A DNA stretch of 64,000 nt, taken from Ophelia neglecta (lineage: Eukaryota). Location: the NCBI GenBank assembly GCA_965285935.1, contig OZ260661.1:20646001-20710000 (forward strand), written 5' to 3'. The notes beneath the pieces were generated by a model that did no database searches, was not told the origin of the DNA, and worked only from the letters and a program-made list of their open reading frames with translations. The first letter of the stretch is position 1. Each line of letters opens with the position of its first letter. The position numbers and the translations under genes were made by a program. This document shows, piece by piece, positions 27,455 through 37,686 of this stretch.

Positions 27455-27594
27455 TCCCGCGAATCGGAGTCGAACCAGTGACCTAGAGATATCAGTTAGT
27501 TAACCCATAGATATGTATAATCCATTTATATGTATTCTCTATATTTATGGTTAACCACTACAGTCTCCCGCTCTACCAACTGAGCTATCACGGG
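27455..27594 (-). tRNA. tRNA-Tyr-GTA: tRNA-Tyr(GTA) with intron expanded to 67 nt by an insertion
   Basis: Both exons are present with one T-stem mismatch. 140 nt = 89 + 51 inserted. Confidence 0.78.
27506..27549. mobile_element. 44-bp palindromic mini-element (CATAG…TTATG) with 7-bp TSD
   Basis: TSD GTTAACC at 27499-27505 and 27550-27556. Removing the element and one TSD restores the intron of the 21550 copy. Confidence 0.8.
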
Positions 27595-28117
27595 TACACA
27601 CACTATACTAAGGAAAATTTATATTTTTAATTAATAAATATGGTCAAACAATGCGCCCGTTTATTAGTTTAGGTGTCATTGTGTACATAATTGACTACCT
27701 CCACATATGCCCCTGGACTGTGGAAATACGTTAGCTCTATATGTCCTATCATAATATAATTTGGAGATGAATATATTAAGGTCACATTTTCCGATTTATC
27801 AGGCAGTATTGGTCCGCCGGGTATGTTTCTCCGGTGCAAGATAATAAATCTTCAAATGTAGATACCATGATAATTACAAGATGTTAGCAAGCAGTCCTTC
27901 AAATGTTATTAGCCAAATGGAATATACTAACCTTGGACTGATTAGCCCACACCAAAACTTATTAGCCATGGACAGAAGGGCAATTGTTAATTTCCATACT
28001 TGCAGACTACATCCCTGCATGTGTAAAGACACCCCGGCATGCCAACTTCAAATCATAGCCCTGTCGTCTGCAGACTGACCTTGAATTATCGACTACTTCG
28101 AAAACAAGGAATTAGTA

Positions 28118-28303
28118 TAGAATGGCGGACACCAAATAAAGAGCCAGAAAGGACCTCAAATTGCAAATGTGGTCCCAAAATGTGGTCCCGGATGAAGAGA
28201 ATGAGTTTACCAGTGGTATAAAGAGGATAAAAGGATCACATTTTGGGCCCACAATTGCCTTCTAAGGCCCCTTTCTTGTCATTTTTTGGTGCCCACCATT
28301 CTG
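28118..28303. mobile_element. MITE with long imperfect TIRs, TA-flanked (Tc1/mariner type)
   Basis: TA|TAGAATGGCGGACACCAAA…TTTGGTGCCCACCATTCTG|TA; inner TGTGGTCCCAAAATGTG versus CACATTTTGGGCCCCACA. Confidence 0.65.
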
Positions 28304-28772
28304 TATATGGTCCCAAATAAGTTCACTGACAGGATCTCTATAGTGAGCAATTAACACGTGACAAGGACGGATGCTGGTGGTACAGTCACGTGACTGCTAG
28401 AGCGCTGATCCATCGTCTTAAGGACACTTCGCAATTCATTATTCGTACTTCACTTCTTTGTCGACTTTAAAGCTATAGGCGGCTACTGAAAAGTAAAACC
28501 AAGCTGTACCAATATGTCTCTATCTCTTCCTTGAAATATAATATTCAATTCTGTCGAAGAATCTTCTCTTTGTAGTAGAGGTCGAGGGTTCTAAAGATCT
28601 GTTCTGATGAATATCTGTTCTCATGTCACTTTCAGCTGCCTGGCAAAATAACCTTATAGGAACAGATCAGCCAATAAACTTCTTGACTGGTTGGCATCCG
28701 ATTACTTGCTAAAGATCACTAAAATGAATCTGTATGTGGTGGACACCTTTGTACTGACCCAATGTAACTGTA

Positions 28773-28901
28773 TATTAGTCCGAGAATCTCTGACGTTATA
28801 TCGCTTTAAATATTTTTTGGGATATGCTCGATTGATGTGGGCCATTTAAACTATATTGGACTTACATATACCAATATAGTCAGAGATTTTCGGACTAACT
28901 G
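28773..28901. mobile_element. Small MITE
   Basis: TTAGTCCGAGAATCTCTGAC…GTCAGAGATTTTCGGACTAACTG with TA flanks. It is absent from the inverted paralogous arm near 25575. Confidence 0.65.
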
Positions 28902-30198
28902 TATATGTACTGTATGTGCTGTTCAATCAGGAGCAGCAAAGTAAGCTCTTAGATCTGCCAGCTGGCTGGCAAATAAGAACAGTCATAAATGTATTATCGA
29001 AGCTTTTCTTAGAAAAAAACAAATAAATAGATATTTTACTGTCCTTATACTTTTTGGCCATCTTTGACATTTTAGTCGTCGGGGACCTTTGAGAAGTGAG
29101 CCCACATGCACAGCTCTCTCGTATCAACATAGCTGAAACAAGCGGAACAAAAAATCTAGTCGGCCAAAGTATTCCTTTATATGTATAGAAGGCGACTCGT
29201 GTCTTTGACATTTTGCAATTCGAGCAATGTTATAATAGTGTAGCCCGTAGCCCAAATCACTCTTTTTTTCCCATTTGTATTTTTCAAGTCTCTTATGTAT
29301 TATCTCGTGAGGTAATATTGTGAACAAAGATGTGTTCGCGAACTATTACATTTAATGAAACATATTTCACTACGTATTTTCGAGATGAAAGTTTGTTGCT
29401 GAGCGTGTAACGAGCGGGGGCTAGGGGTAGTTCCAATTAGTCTCGGGATCGACATTTTTAATTGAGTATGATCCGGGAATTAAATTCAGGAGTTGACATA
29501 TTTTTTTCGCGAGTAGGAATCAAGGATTTTCATTTACTGTGATCTGTTTAATTATCAGTGACCAGATATTTACTATTTCAATTTAACGGGGTGCTCGATT
29601 CCCTAGGATTTGAAAAATTCGGATTTTAAATGCCCGTGATTGGGGATGTGCCTATTACAAAACAATAACCTACCCTCTAAAGAAAGAGGATATCTATAGA
29701 AAGTAGGTCCAGGTAGGGAAATGGCATACTTGGAATTTGGTGCTTCTGAAACTCTCATGATTTAGAGTCTGTACTTAGAAAAATCTCATTTCGGCCGACA
29801 GCTGAGAAAGCGCTCCAAAAAAAGCTATAAGCAAATGTCACACTAATTCAAATGTGTCAATGGCCGGTGTATAAACGAATATTGTGTACGTTTCTTGGCT
29901 GTCAAGTCCCTTCTGCTCAAAATATCCGGATAAGCAGAAGCAGCAGCTGATGAGAGAAGGCTTGCAGCTCAAAGAGAACTACAAGATAAGGATGCAGAGG
30001 AAAGAGAAAATCAACGTAGACATGAATTGGAGATGCGTAGACTGGAATTAAATGAAAGACGGGGCGATGGAGGGGCTGATGACCTTAATGCCCGAGCCAA
30101 AGCTCCTAAGTTGCCATCATTTGTGGATGGAAAAGATGATTTAGACCGTTACCTTCGCAGATTTGAAAGGTTTGCAGCTACCAGTCGTTGGCCAGAAG

Positions 30199-30391
30199 AC
30201 ACAATAGACAGGCACTCCTTTTCCATAGTGTGGTAACGCTTCTCTCGTTCAGAGAGTTTTTTGCTGGCAAAGCTAACTGGATGCAGCTCTCCATCATGAC
30301 TCTGAAGCAAAATAGCCCCGACACCTGTGTCACAAGCGTCGGTGCGCAGAACGAATGGCTTTCCAAGGTCGGGTAATTTCAACACAGGTTC
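30199..30391 (-). repeat. 193-bp inverted copy of 34055-34247
   Basis: Reverse-complement match, also visible as identical peptides in the ORF track. Flanked by the direct repeat AGAAGACACA (30194-30203 and 30394-30403). Confidence 0.92.
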
Positions 30392-30424
30392 AGAGAAGAC
30401 ACATGGGCAACACATTTAAGTGCT

Positions 30425-33400
30425 TTGTTGACAGGCAACGCCTTAACTGTGTATTCTCGCCTGGCCGAGGAAGAGTCAACAGATTATGAAGTATTAAAAC
30501 ATGCCCTGTTTCAGAGATATAATCTGACTGAGGAAGGATACCAAAAGAAATTCAGGGAGGCTAAGGCAGAAAAGGGAGAAAGTCCCTGGCAATTTATTAT
30601 ACGAATCAAGGAGTATTTGAATAAATGGATTGACCTGGCGGAAGCAAGAGACAATATAATAGACTTGCTCATAAGGGAACAGTTTATTGAAGTTTGTCCA
30701 AGGGACCTGGCTATTCATGTAAAAGAACAATCACCAAAATCATTGGTGGACTTAGCTTCTATTGCTGAGCGCTACCTCACAGCTCGACATAGGCAACTAC
30801 ATGTCAGTTCAAGCTACTATAATGCTCAGTCAAATGACAAGCAACATAGAGAGAGACAGGTGACTGACAGACCAAATCAAAACAGGCTGCAGTGCTATTT
30901 CTGTCGAGGCTACGGACATAAAGCAGCTGACTGCAAAGTACGGCTACAACAAAATTCAAGGTTAGGCATGCGAAGGCCTACAGAAGGTAGACAGGTAGCA
31001 CAGAAAGCAGCTAGTGCTGTTCAAGAAGCTCCAAAACAAATAACCGATGAAAAAGCGGACGTTGCTGAACCTAATAAAACAGAAGAGAAGGAAATCGTAG
31101 CAAGCAATGCGTGTATAATACCAATATCTTCAGAATCAATAACTGTCACGAGTGCTCTACAACCAAGGCGAGATAGATACTTACCTGTGATGAAGGGCCA
31201 GGTTGGTAATAGGATAGTAGACACACTGCGTGACACCGGATGTACTGGAGTGGTAGTAAAAGAAAAATTCGTACATGACAGTCAGTACACGGGTGAAAAG
31301 GGGAGAATGATACTGATTGATAAAACAATCAGAGAGTACCCGATAGCTAGAATACAGATAAATACACCATATTTTGAAGGAACAGTTTTGGCACAGTGTG
31401 TACCAGATGCAGTGTATGATTTAGTAATAGGCAATATCCATGGGGCAAGAGATGCTGATAAGCCAAACGAATACTGGCAGTACAGAACCAAAAATTGGCT
31501 AGAGCAATCTGAGCACAAGGAGACACTGCAGGAAGCCTTTAGGGAGGGAGTATGCGCTGTAACTACAAGAACGCAAGCACGCAAAGCAGCGGTGGTTACG
31601 GCACTCAAAACTCCAAATAATAAACAATCAGGAGGCCTGCCAAACATTAACAAAAACGAACTAGAAAAATTACAAAAAGAGGACAAAACTCTTCTGAAAT
31701 TCCGGGAAATGCCTGACACGAAGGTGACCGGAAATAGCAAAGTTTCCTATGGAATAAAAGATGGTGTATTGTTACGAAATTTTGAACATACAAAGCACAC
31801 CCAAGGATCTGCTATTCGACAGATATGTGTGCCAAATGGCCTGCGTGAGGGTATAATGGAGCAGGCACATGACTACGGAGGACACCTTGGGGTGAAAAAG
31901 ACCATGGACAGAATACTTACAAATTTTTATTGGCCAGGAATGAGACAGAGTATTGTAAAGTACAAAAACTCATGTGACATTTGTCAAAAAACAATCCAAA
32001 AGGGGAAAGTGAGAAAGGTTCTCTTAGAAAAAATGCCACTGATAGGTGAGCCTTTTTGCAGAGTTGCTGTTGACCTAGTAGGCCCTATCCACCCGCCTAG
32101 TGAACAGGGACATAGATATATACTAACACTAGTGGATTATGCAACAAGATACCCAGAGGCCGTCCCTCTCAAAAATATTGACACAATTACGGTAGCAGAA
32201 GCACTTCTGGACTTTTACAGTCGTTTAGGGTTCCCCCAGGAGATCTTGACCGATCAGGGAACTCAATTCATCTCTGAATGTATGGCAGAGGTGAACCGCC
32301 TCATAGGGGTAAAACAGTTAACTACTACTCCATACCATCCTATGTGTAACGGTCTGGTGGAAAAGTTTAATGGAACCCTGAAGATGATGCTCAAGAGATT
32401 GTGCAGTGAACAACCTAGAATGTGGCATAGGTACATAAACTGCCTTTTGTTCGCTTACAGGGAAGTGCCGCAGGAATCTACTGGTTTTTCACCATTTGAA
32501 CTTTTATATGGCAGAACGATCAGGGGCCCTATGAGAATGTTGAGGGAGCTTTGGAATGATGAGATAACCGATCCGATCATCAAAACGACATACCAATATG
32601 TGTTTGATCTGAGAGAGAAAATGGAAGATACTCTCTTAATAGCTCAGAAAGAACTTGAAAAGTCACAGGGGAAGTATAAGAAACATTTTGACAAGAAGGC
32701 AAAACCTAGAAAGTTCGATGCCGGTGACGAAGTACTTATCCTTCGTCCCACAGATTCGAACAAGCTTCTCATGCAGTGGAAAGGCCCCTACAAGATAGAA
32801 GAAGTACGTGGTTTTAGTGATTACAAAGTGAAAGAAGGAAAAAGGTCAACTGTTTATCACTGTAACATGTTGAGGAAATACGTTCGACGAGAAAACACAC
32901 ATGACAGTGCAAACAGCTGCATCTTACCTGTAAATGAACCGCTGGTATGGGACATTGCATGTGTGGGAGTGGTCGAATCGGCTGGTGAATATGATGATGA
33001 ATGTGTGGATGATGATGAACTGCTGGAAATTGGGACTAGTATTAAGAAAGAATCCCTACAAGATATCACTTTCGACAAAAACTTGAATAACGAACAATAC
33101 CATGAACTAAAGGCCTTAGTGAATGAGTTTGAGGACATTTTCACTGATGTACCAGGAACCACTTGTTTGATCGAACACCACATAAACTTGACAAGCGATG
33201 AACCAGTGCGGTCCAAACCGTATCCCCTACCCTTTAGTTTACGGGAGTCGCTCAGGGAAGACATTCAGGCTATGCTCAATACGGGAGTAATACGCGAGTC
33301 AACTTCCCCATATGCAGCCCCTGTGGTAATAGTGAAGAAGTCAGATGGCACCAACCGGGTCTGTTGTGATTACCGAAAGTTAAACAAATTAACAGTAGTT

Positions 33401-34456
33401 GATCCCGAGCCGATGACAACTGATAAAGAGATCTTTAGCAGCTTGAGTGGGGACAAATATTTCTCAAAAATTGACTTGAGCAAAGGATATTGGCAAGTTC
33501 CGGTAGCCGAGGAGGATATTCCAAAGACAGCATTTGTCACCCCGGATGGAACGTGGGAATTCGTAAAAATGCCATTCGGAATGGTTAACTCAGGAGCTAC
33601 ATTAGTACGTGCCATGCGGAAACTGCTGAAAGACCTAAAAGCAGTGGACAATATTATTGATGATGTTTTAACCCACACACCAGGATGGCCGGAACACTTG
33701 GCAACACTTAGAGAACTTTTCAAACGCATTCGAATTGCAGGGTTCACAGTTAGACCCTCTAAATGTGTTCTTGGTGCAGAGGGAGTCACTTTTGTGGGTC
33801 ATTACATTGGTCGTGGGAGTGTTAGTCTGCACGAAAACAACATTGATAAAATCAAAAGGGCTCCAAGGCCTACGACAAAGAAAGAAGTTCGTTCATTTCT
33901 GGGACTAACAGGGTACTACCAGGATGCGGTTCCAAATTACGCCGCCGTAGCAGTACCTCTCACTGATCTTCTCCGGAAGGGTCAACCAAACAAGATTGCG
34001 TGGGGCCACCCCCAAGAGAGGGCATATTCTACATTGAAGCAAGTATTAATCGCAGAACCTGTGTTGAAATTACCCGACCTTGGAAAGCCATTCGTTCTGC
34101 GCACCGACGCTTGTGACACAGGTGTCGGGGCTATTTTGCTTCAGAGTCATGATGGAGAGCTGCATCCAGTTAGCTTTGCCAGCAAAAAACTCTCTGAACG
34201 AGAGAAGCGTTACCACACTATGGAAAAGGAGTGCCTGTCTATTGTGTGGGCAGTTAAGAAATACATGATGTACTTGTACGGAGTGAAATTCACGCTCCAA
34301 ACTGATCATCAGCCATTAACATATCTGGGAAAGGCAAAATTCGCCAGTGATAGGATTATGCGATGGGCCATGTACCTACAGAACTATAACTTTGTAGTTG
34401 AAGCTATACCTGGTAAAGTGAACCACGGGGCAGACTTTTTGAGTAGAGTTAATTAA
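30425..34456 (+). CDS. Gag-Pol polyprotein (SCAN-like gag, CCHC knuckle, protease, integrase, reverse transcriptase, RNase H); true N-terminus lies upstream and is frameshifted
   Basis: Motifs in order: CYFCRGYGHKAADC; LRDTGC; AHDYGGHLG…CDIC; VDLVGP…TDQGTQF…NGLVEKFNG; KIDLSKGYWQV…MPFG…IIDD; TDACDTGVGA…EKECL. The upstream gag frame (…APKLPSF…RFERFA…WPEDT) resumes as WATHLSALLTG after a 200-bp insertion. Confidence 0.93.
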   Translation: MLTGNALTVYSRLAEEESTDYEVLKHALFQRYNLTEEGYQKKFREAKAEKGESPWQFIIRIKEYLNKWIDLAEARDNIIDLLIREQFIEVCPRDLAIHVKEQSPKSLVDLASIAERYLTARHRQLHVSSSYYNAQSNDKQHRERQVTDRPNQNRLQCYFCRGYGHKAADCKVRLQQNSRLGMRRPTEGRQVAQKAASAVQEAPKQITDEKADVAEPNKTEEKEIVASNACIIPISSESITVTSALQPRRDRYLPVMKGQVGNRIVDTLRDTGCTGVVVKEKFVHDSQYTGEKGRMILIDKTIREYPIARIQINTPYFEGTVLAQCVPDAVYDLVIGNIHGARDADKPNEYWQYRTKNWLEQSEHKETLQEAFREGVCAVTTRTQARKAAVVTALKTPNNKQSGGLPNINKNELEKLQKEDKTLLKFREMPDTKVTGNSKVSYGIKDGVLLRNFEHTKHTQGSAIRQICVPNGLREGIMEQAHDYGGHLGVKKTMDRILTNFYWPGMRQSIVKYKNSCDICQKTIQKGKVRKVLLEKMPLIGEPFCRVAVDLVGPIHPPSEQGHRYILTLVDYATRYPEAVPLKNIDTITVAEALLDFYSRLGFPQEILTDQGTQFISECMAEVNRLIGVKQLTTTPYHPMCNGLVEKFNGTLKMMLKRLCSEQPRMWHRYINCLLFAYREVPQESTGFSPFELLYGRTIRGPMRMLRELWNDEITDPIIKTTYQYVFDLREKMEDTLLIAQKELEKSQGKYKKHFDKKAKPRKFDAGDEVLILRPTDSNKLLMQWKGPYKIEEVRGFSDYKVKEGKRSTVYHCNMLRKYVRRENTHDSANSCILPVNEPLVWDIACVGVVESAGEYDDECVDDDELLEIGTSIKKESLQDITFDKNLNNEQYHELKALVNEFEDIFTDVPGTTCLIEHHINLTSDEPVRSKPYPLPFSLRESLREDIQAMLNTGVIRESTSPYAAPVVIVKKSDGTNRVCCDYRKLNKLTVVDPEPMTTDKEIFSSLSGDKYFSKIDLSKGYWQVPVAEEDIPKTAFVTPDGTWEFVKMPFGMVNSGATLVRAMRKLLKDLKAVDNIIDDVLTHTPGWPEHLATLRELFKRIRIAGFTVRPSKCVLGAEGVTFVGHYIGRGSVSLHENNIDKIKRAPRPTTKKEVRSFLGLTGYYQDAVPNYAAVAVPLTDLLRKGQPNKIAWGHPQERAYSTLKQVLIAEPVLKLPDLGKPFVLRTDACDTGVGAILLQSHDGELHPVSFASKKLSEREKRYHTMEKECLSIVWAVKKYMMYLYGVKFTLQTDHQPLTYLGKAKFASDRIMRWAMYLQNYNFVVEAIPGKVNHGADFLSRVN

Positions 34457-34682
34457 TAGTTTATAGAACCTTGGACTTAAAGAACATTTTAATTCCTGTC
34501 AAGAGATTTTATTATACAATTTGATGCAAAGTGTGCATACACCCTAACCTATTTTAATATAATTTTTGTTAAGCATATGGACATTAATTCCCATAACAGA
34601 CAAGTTATTGCATAAAATCATACTTTAGTTTTGTTATAGATAGATTTATAAAATTTGTAAAATTTTCTTAAGGAAGGAATGA

Positions 34683-34841
34683 TGTCACGGATCCGTTGAT
34701 TCTATAGGTCCGTGTTTCGGCAGAGATATAGGTAATAAGAGATTAGTAGTTGTAGTGGTGACGGGAACGGCAGAGAATAAAAGCTATAGAAGTAAAGTTG
34801 ACTGTGTGTTACTTTCTAAGACAATATACCGGCTCGTGACA
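34683..34841 (+). repeat. 3' LTR (159 bp)
   Basis: TGTCACG…CGTGACA inverted termini directly after the purine tract; AATAAA at 34776-34781. Confidence 0.8.
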
Positions 34842-36001
34842 ATAGGCCTAATACACGTGCATTAGACTCGCCCGGGGACTAAATAAATTAGAATTTCGAG
34901 AACTAACCCCTAATATAGGCCTACTAGAATATCTAGGCCGGCGGAGATAAAATATTATATATGTTTTAAACCCTAGTTCGGGATTCCCGGGTGGGGTATG
35001 GGTTGGTAAAGGAGTCCGGGGGTCCTTCCTACCCACGGACTCCCCTTACTTTATTGACACCGAGTAGTAACATGGTCAACTACAGAAAATCTTAAATGGT
35101 TAAAGCTATATGAAATCTTACCCAATGCTGTTGTTTATATTGATACCGAGTCTGAAGTACCCAACTTCAAGTAAAATCCGCCAGATATTGATATATAGTA
35201 TACAGATTTACTGCCATACAGGAATACTCTGCCGTTAAGACACTGTTTTTGAAGATAATCTGCTCCTTAAGACTCAATTTTTTAGCAAACCACTCTTGGC
35301 GTAGTCTCCGTTTGACCCGTATTTCAGCTATTATAAGGTGCGTTATACCTAAGAGAATAGCTACAAATGTCCAGGGGTAGTAGCCTATAATAGGCTTACA
35401 GTGGCGGATTTAGGGGGGGGGGGGGGGGCGCCAAAAGTGGGCCCAGACCAGGGCCTATTTTCGGACCTACGCAAGGTGCTTTCAGAGGGTTGGTACCGGG
35501 GACAATCCAGACATTGGCCTTGTCAACTTTGGAAAATTTGGACCCCCCACTTGCTTATAATAAGGCTCTTTCCCCTAGCACTAAAAATATATGGGCCTTT
35601 AAATGCTTGGACACGACACACCGGATAAAGGTCTTTTCCTAGGCTCGGGATAATATAGGACTCTATGTATGTCTCCGGTCTATTAAACAGTCTAACCACA
35701 GTGTGTTATTTACCCTAGTATCATGATTATACACCCAGGTTTAATACATGAAATGATGTTGCAGATATGTTGCACGCACAAGGGCTTGTGTCAACAGAGT
35801 TTTGTGTCATCATATGCAATGCTATAGTTCAATGATGACACTGGTCCCTTCGCTTTGTGCATAAAATTAACTTATAACTAAAGGTTCTCTAGATAAAACG
35901 GGCGATTGGTGTTCAAATTCGTCAAGTATTTAACGTTTATAATAGTTGTTGTTGTTCAAATATTTAATTTATTTGTTTAGTTCGTTTGCAAAAGAGGTAT
36001 G

Positions 36002-36090
36002 TCCCGCGAACCGGAGTCGAACCAGTGACCTAGAGATATCAGTCAGTTTACCACTACAGTCTCCCGCTCTACCAACTGAGCTATCACGGG
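36002..36090 (-). tRNA. tRNA-Tyr-GTA: tRNA-Tyr(GTA), 16-nt intron, intact
   Basis: Perfect consensus exons, with T4 downstream. Confidence 0.93.
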
Positions 36091-36826
36091 CTACACACTA
36101 CCAACAGTGTTAATATATCATCTGTCTACTTATACAAGGTGGACGTATATACGAGAATAGCGCGATTTCATAGTGTTGACCTCCATCGTGCACAAAAGTA
36201 AAATGTTCACAAATAAGGCGCACAATAAGGTCATATAGATAAGGTACCTAGATAAGGTTATATATATATAACTTCGCCTATACACACATAGGCCTAATTT
36301 CGCGCAGTATGTAAGCTTAGTGGACGTAGTTTGTGCGCAGAATCTTTCTCACCGTGTAGAAAATATATATACCGTAGGAGCTGTTATGACCTGATATTAC
36401 ATGACTTTACCTTAAGCCATAGGCCTAGAACCTCTATGGCGCAGCATACTCCTGGGCCTATGGTAAACAAAAAATTATCATGGGCGGGAGGGGGGAGGGG
36501 GGTACTTCAAGATAGGACTAGTGAGTAAATTCATCAGTATTCGCCGGGGGGGGGGGGGGGGGGGGCATATAGACAGTGATCTAGGGCGGGGGGGGGGGGG
36601 GATGAGCTCCTCGTTCTTTAAACCGTTTATGTAAATCAGCATACTTAACAAATTTGTGCCCATAGAGGTTATTAAAATGGCCACCTGGTAATTTTAGATA
36701 CATAAGTTTTCTAGGGCATTAACTTATATTAATTAATAAAACTTATACACCCCATGTTATGGTTTGCATGGACAATTTTAGTGAAATATGCAACAGTTAA
36801 AATAATAAATAATTTACTTACTTATA

Positions 36827-37003
36827 CAGTAAAACCTGGCCTAAAGGACACCTGACAATTAGGGACACACTGACTATTAAGGACATTGTTTTTAGTACAG
36901 TTGTAATACTTTACATGTAAAGTAACCTGTGAAATAAGGACAGCTGAGAAAAGAGGACAGATTTCCCAGTCCCTTGGCTGTCCCTAATTGTCAGGTTTCA
37001 CTG
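36827..37003. mobile_element. Tigger/pogo-type MITE (GGACA-motif subfamily)
   Basis: TA|CAGTAAAACCTG…CAGGTTTCACTG|TA. The empty paralogous site at about 46709-46730 (inverted) confirms the TA duplication. Confidence 0.88.
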
Positions 37004-37120
37004 TATAAGCATATTGAAAGTAATTGTCAAAAGGCGTAGGGGGGGGGGGGGCGGAGGGCGTTATTCCGTAATAAATTATTCCGATTTTCAGATATTTATT
37101 TAGACTATTAAAATGGTGTT

Positions 37121-37209
37121 TCCCGCGAACCGGAGTCGAACCAGTGACCTAGAGATATCAGACAGTTTACCACTACAGTCTCCCGCTCTACCAACTGAGC
37201 TATCACGGG
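37121..37209 (-). tRNA. tRNA-Tyr-GTA: tRNA-Tyr(GTA), 16-nt intron, intact
   Basis: Perfect consensus exons, with T4 downstream. Confidence 0.93.
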
Positions 37210-37686
37210 TACACGCTACTTGTCAGGAATATTTCATTAGTTAATAATTATTGTCAAGCAGCGCCACCACTGATCACCATTTAATAGTTCTGGTGAGCAG
37301 ATGTATATATATTTAACAACCTCCATGTGTGCCGCGGACCGGAGTTTATAGAAAGGGGGGGGGGGGGGGGGTAATTATTCGTGAACTGGAAATTTAATGA
37401 TTAATTTCTTGTGAATCGGGATTCGATAATTGTCCGTGATTCGGGATCAAGGATTTGAAATTTCATGGGACCCGGGAACGTTCTTTTTAAATCACTGTGA
37501 CTAGGGAATCACTATTTCAATTTATCTGGAAGCGGATAAAACCTTATCCCTAATGACATGAGAAATGCAGACTTCGAACATCCGTGATTCGGGATTTGCC
37601 CATTTTTCAAACAGGGTACTGGGAAATGAGGCCCCTTATCTCCCCTCTTCCAAGCGCGTTGAAGGTGATCACACGTGTGCGGATAG

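Larger units (their letters stand above)
29933..34841 (+). mobile_element. Gmr1-like Ty3/Gypsy LTR retrotransposon, 5'-truncated (no 5' LTR seen)
   Basis: gag-pol reading frame, polypurine tract at 34670-34682 and a 3' LTR. Confidence 0.92.

Noticed and set aside
29830-29930. 5' LTR or primer-binding site of the Gypsy element (TGTCAC at about 29836; TTCTTGGC at about 29892)
   Set aside because: No extended match to the 3' LTR.
30494-34309. Antisense ORFs within the Gypsy element (likewise within Tigger and ISL2EU genes)
   Set aside because: Shadow frames of real coding sequence.
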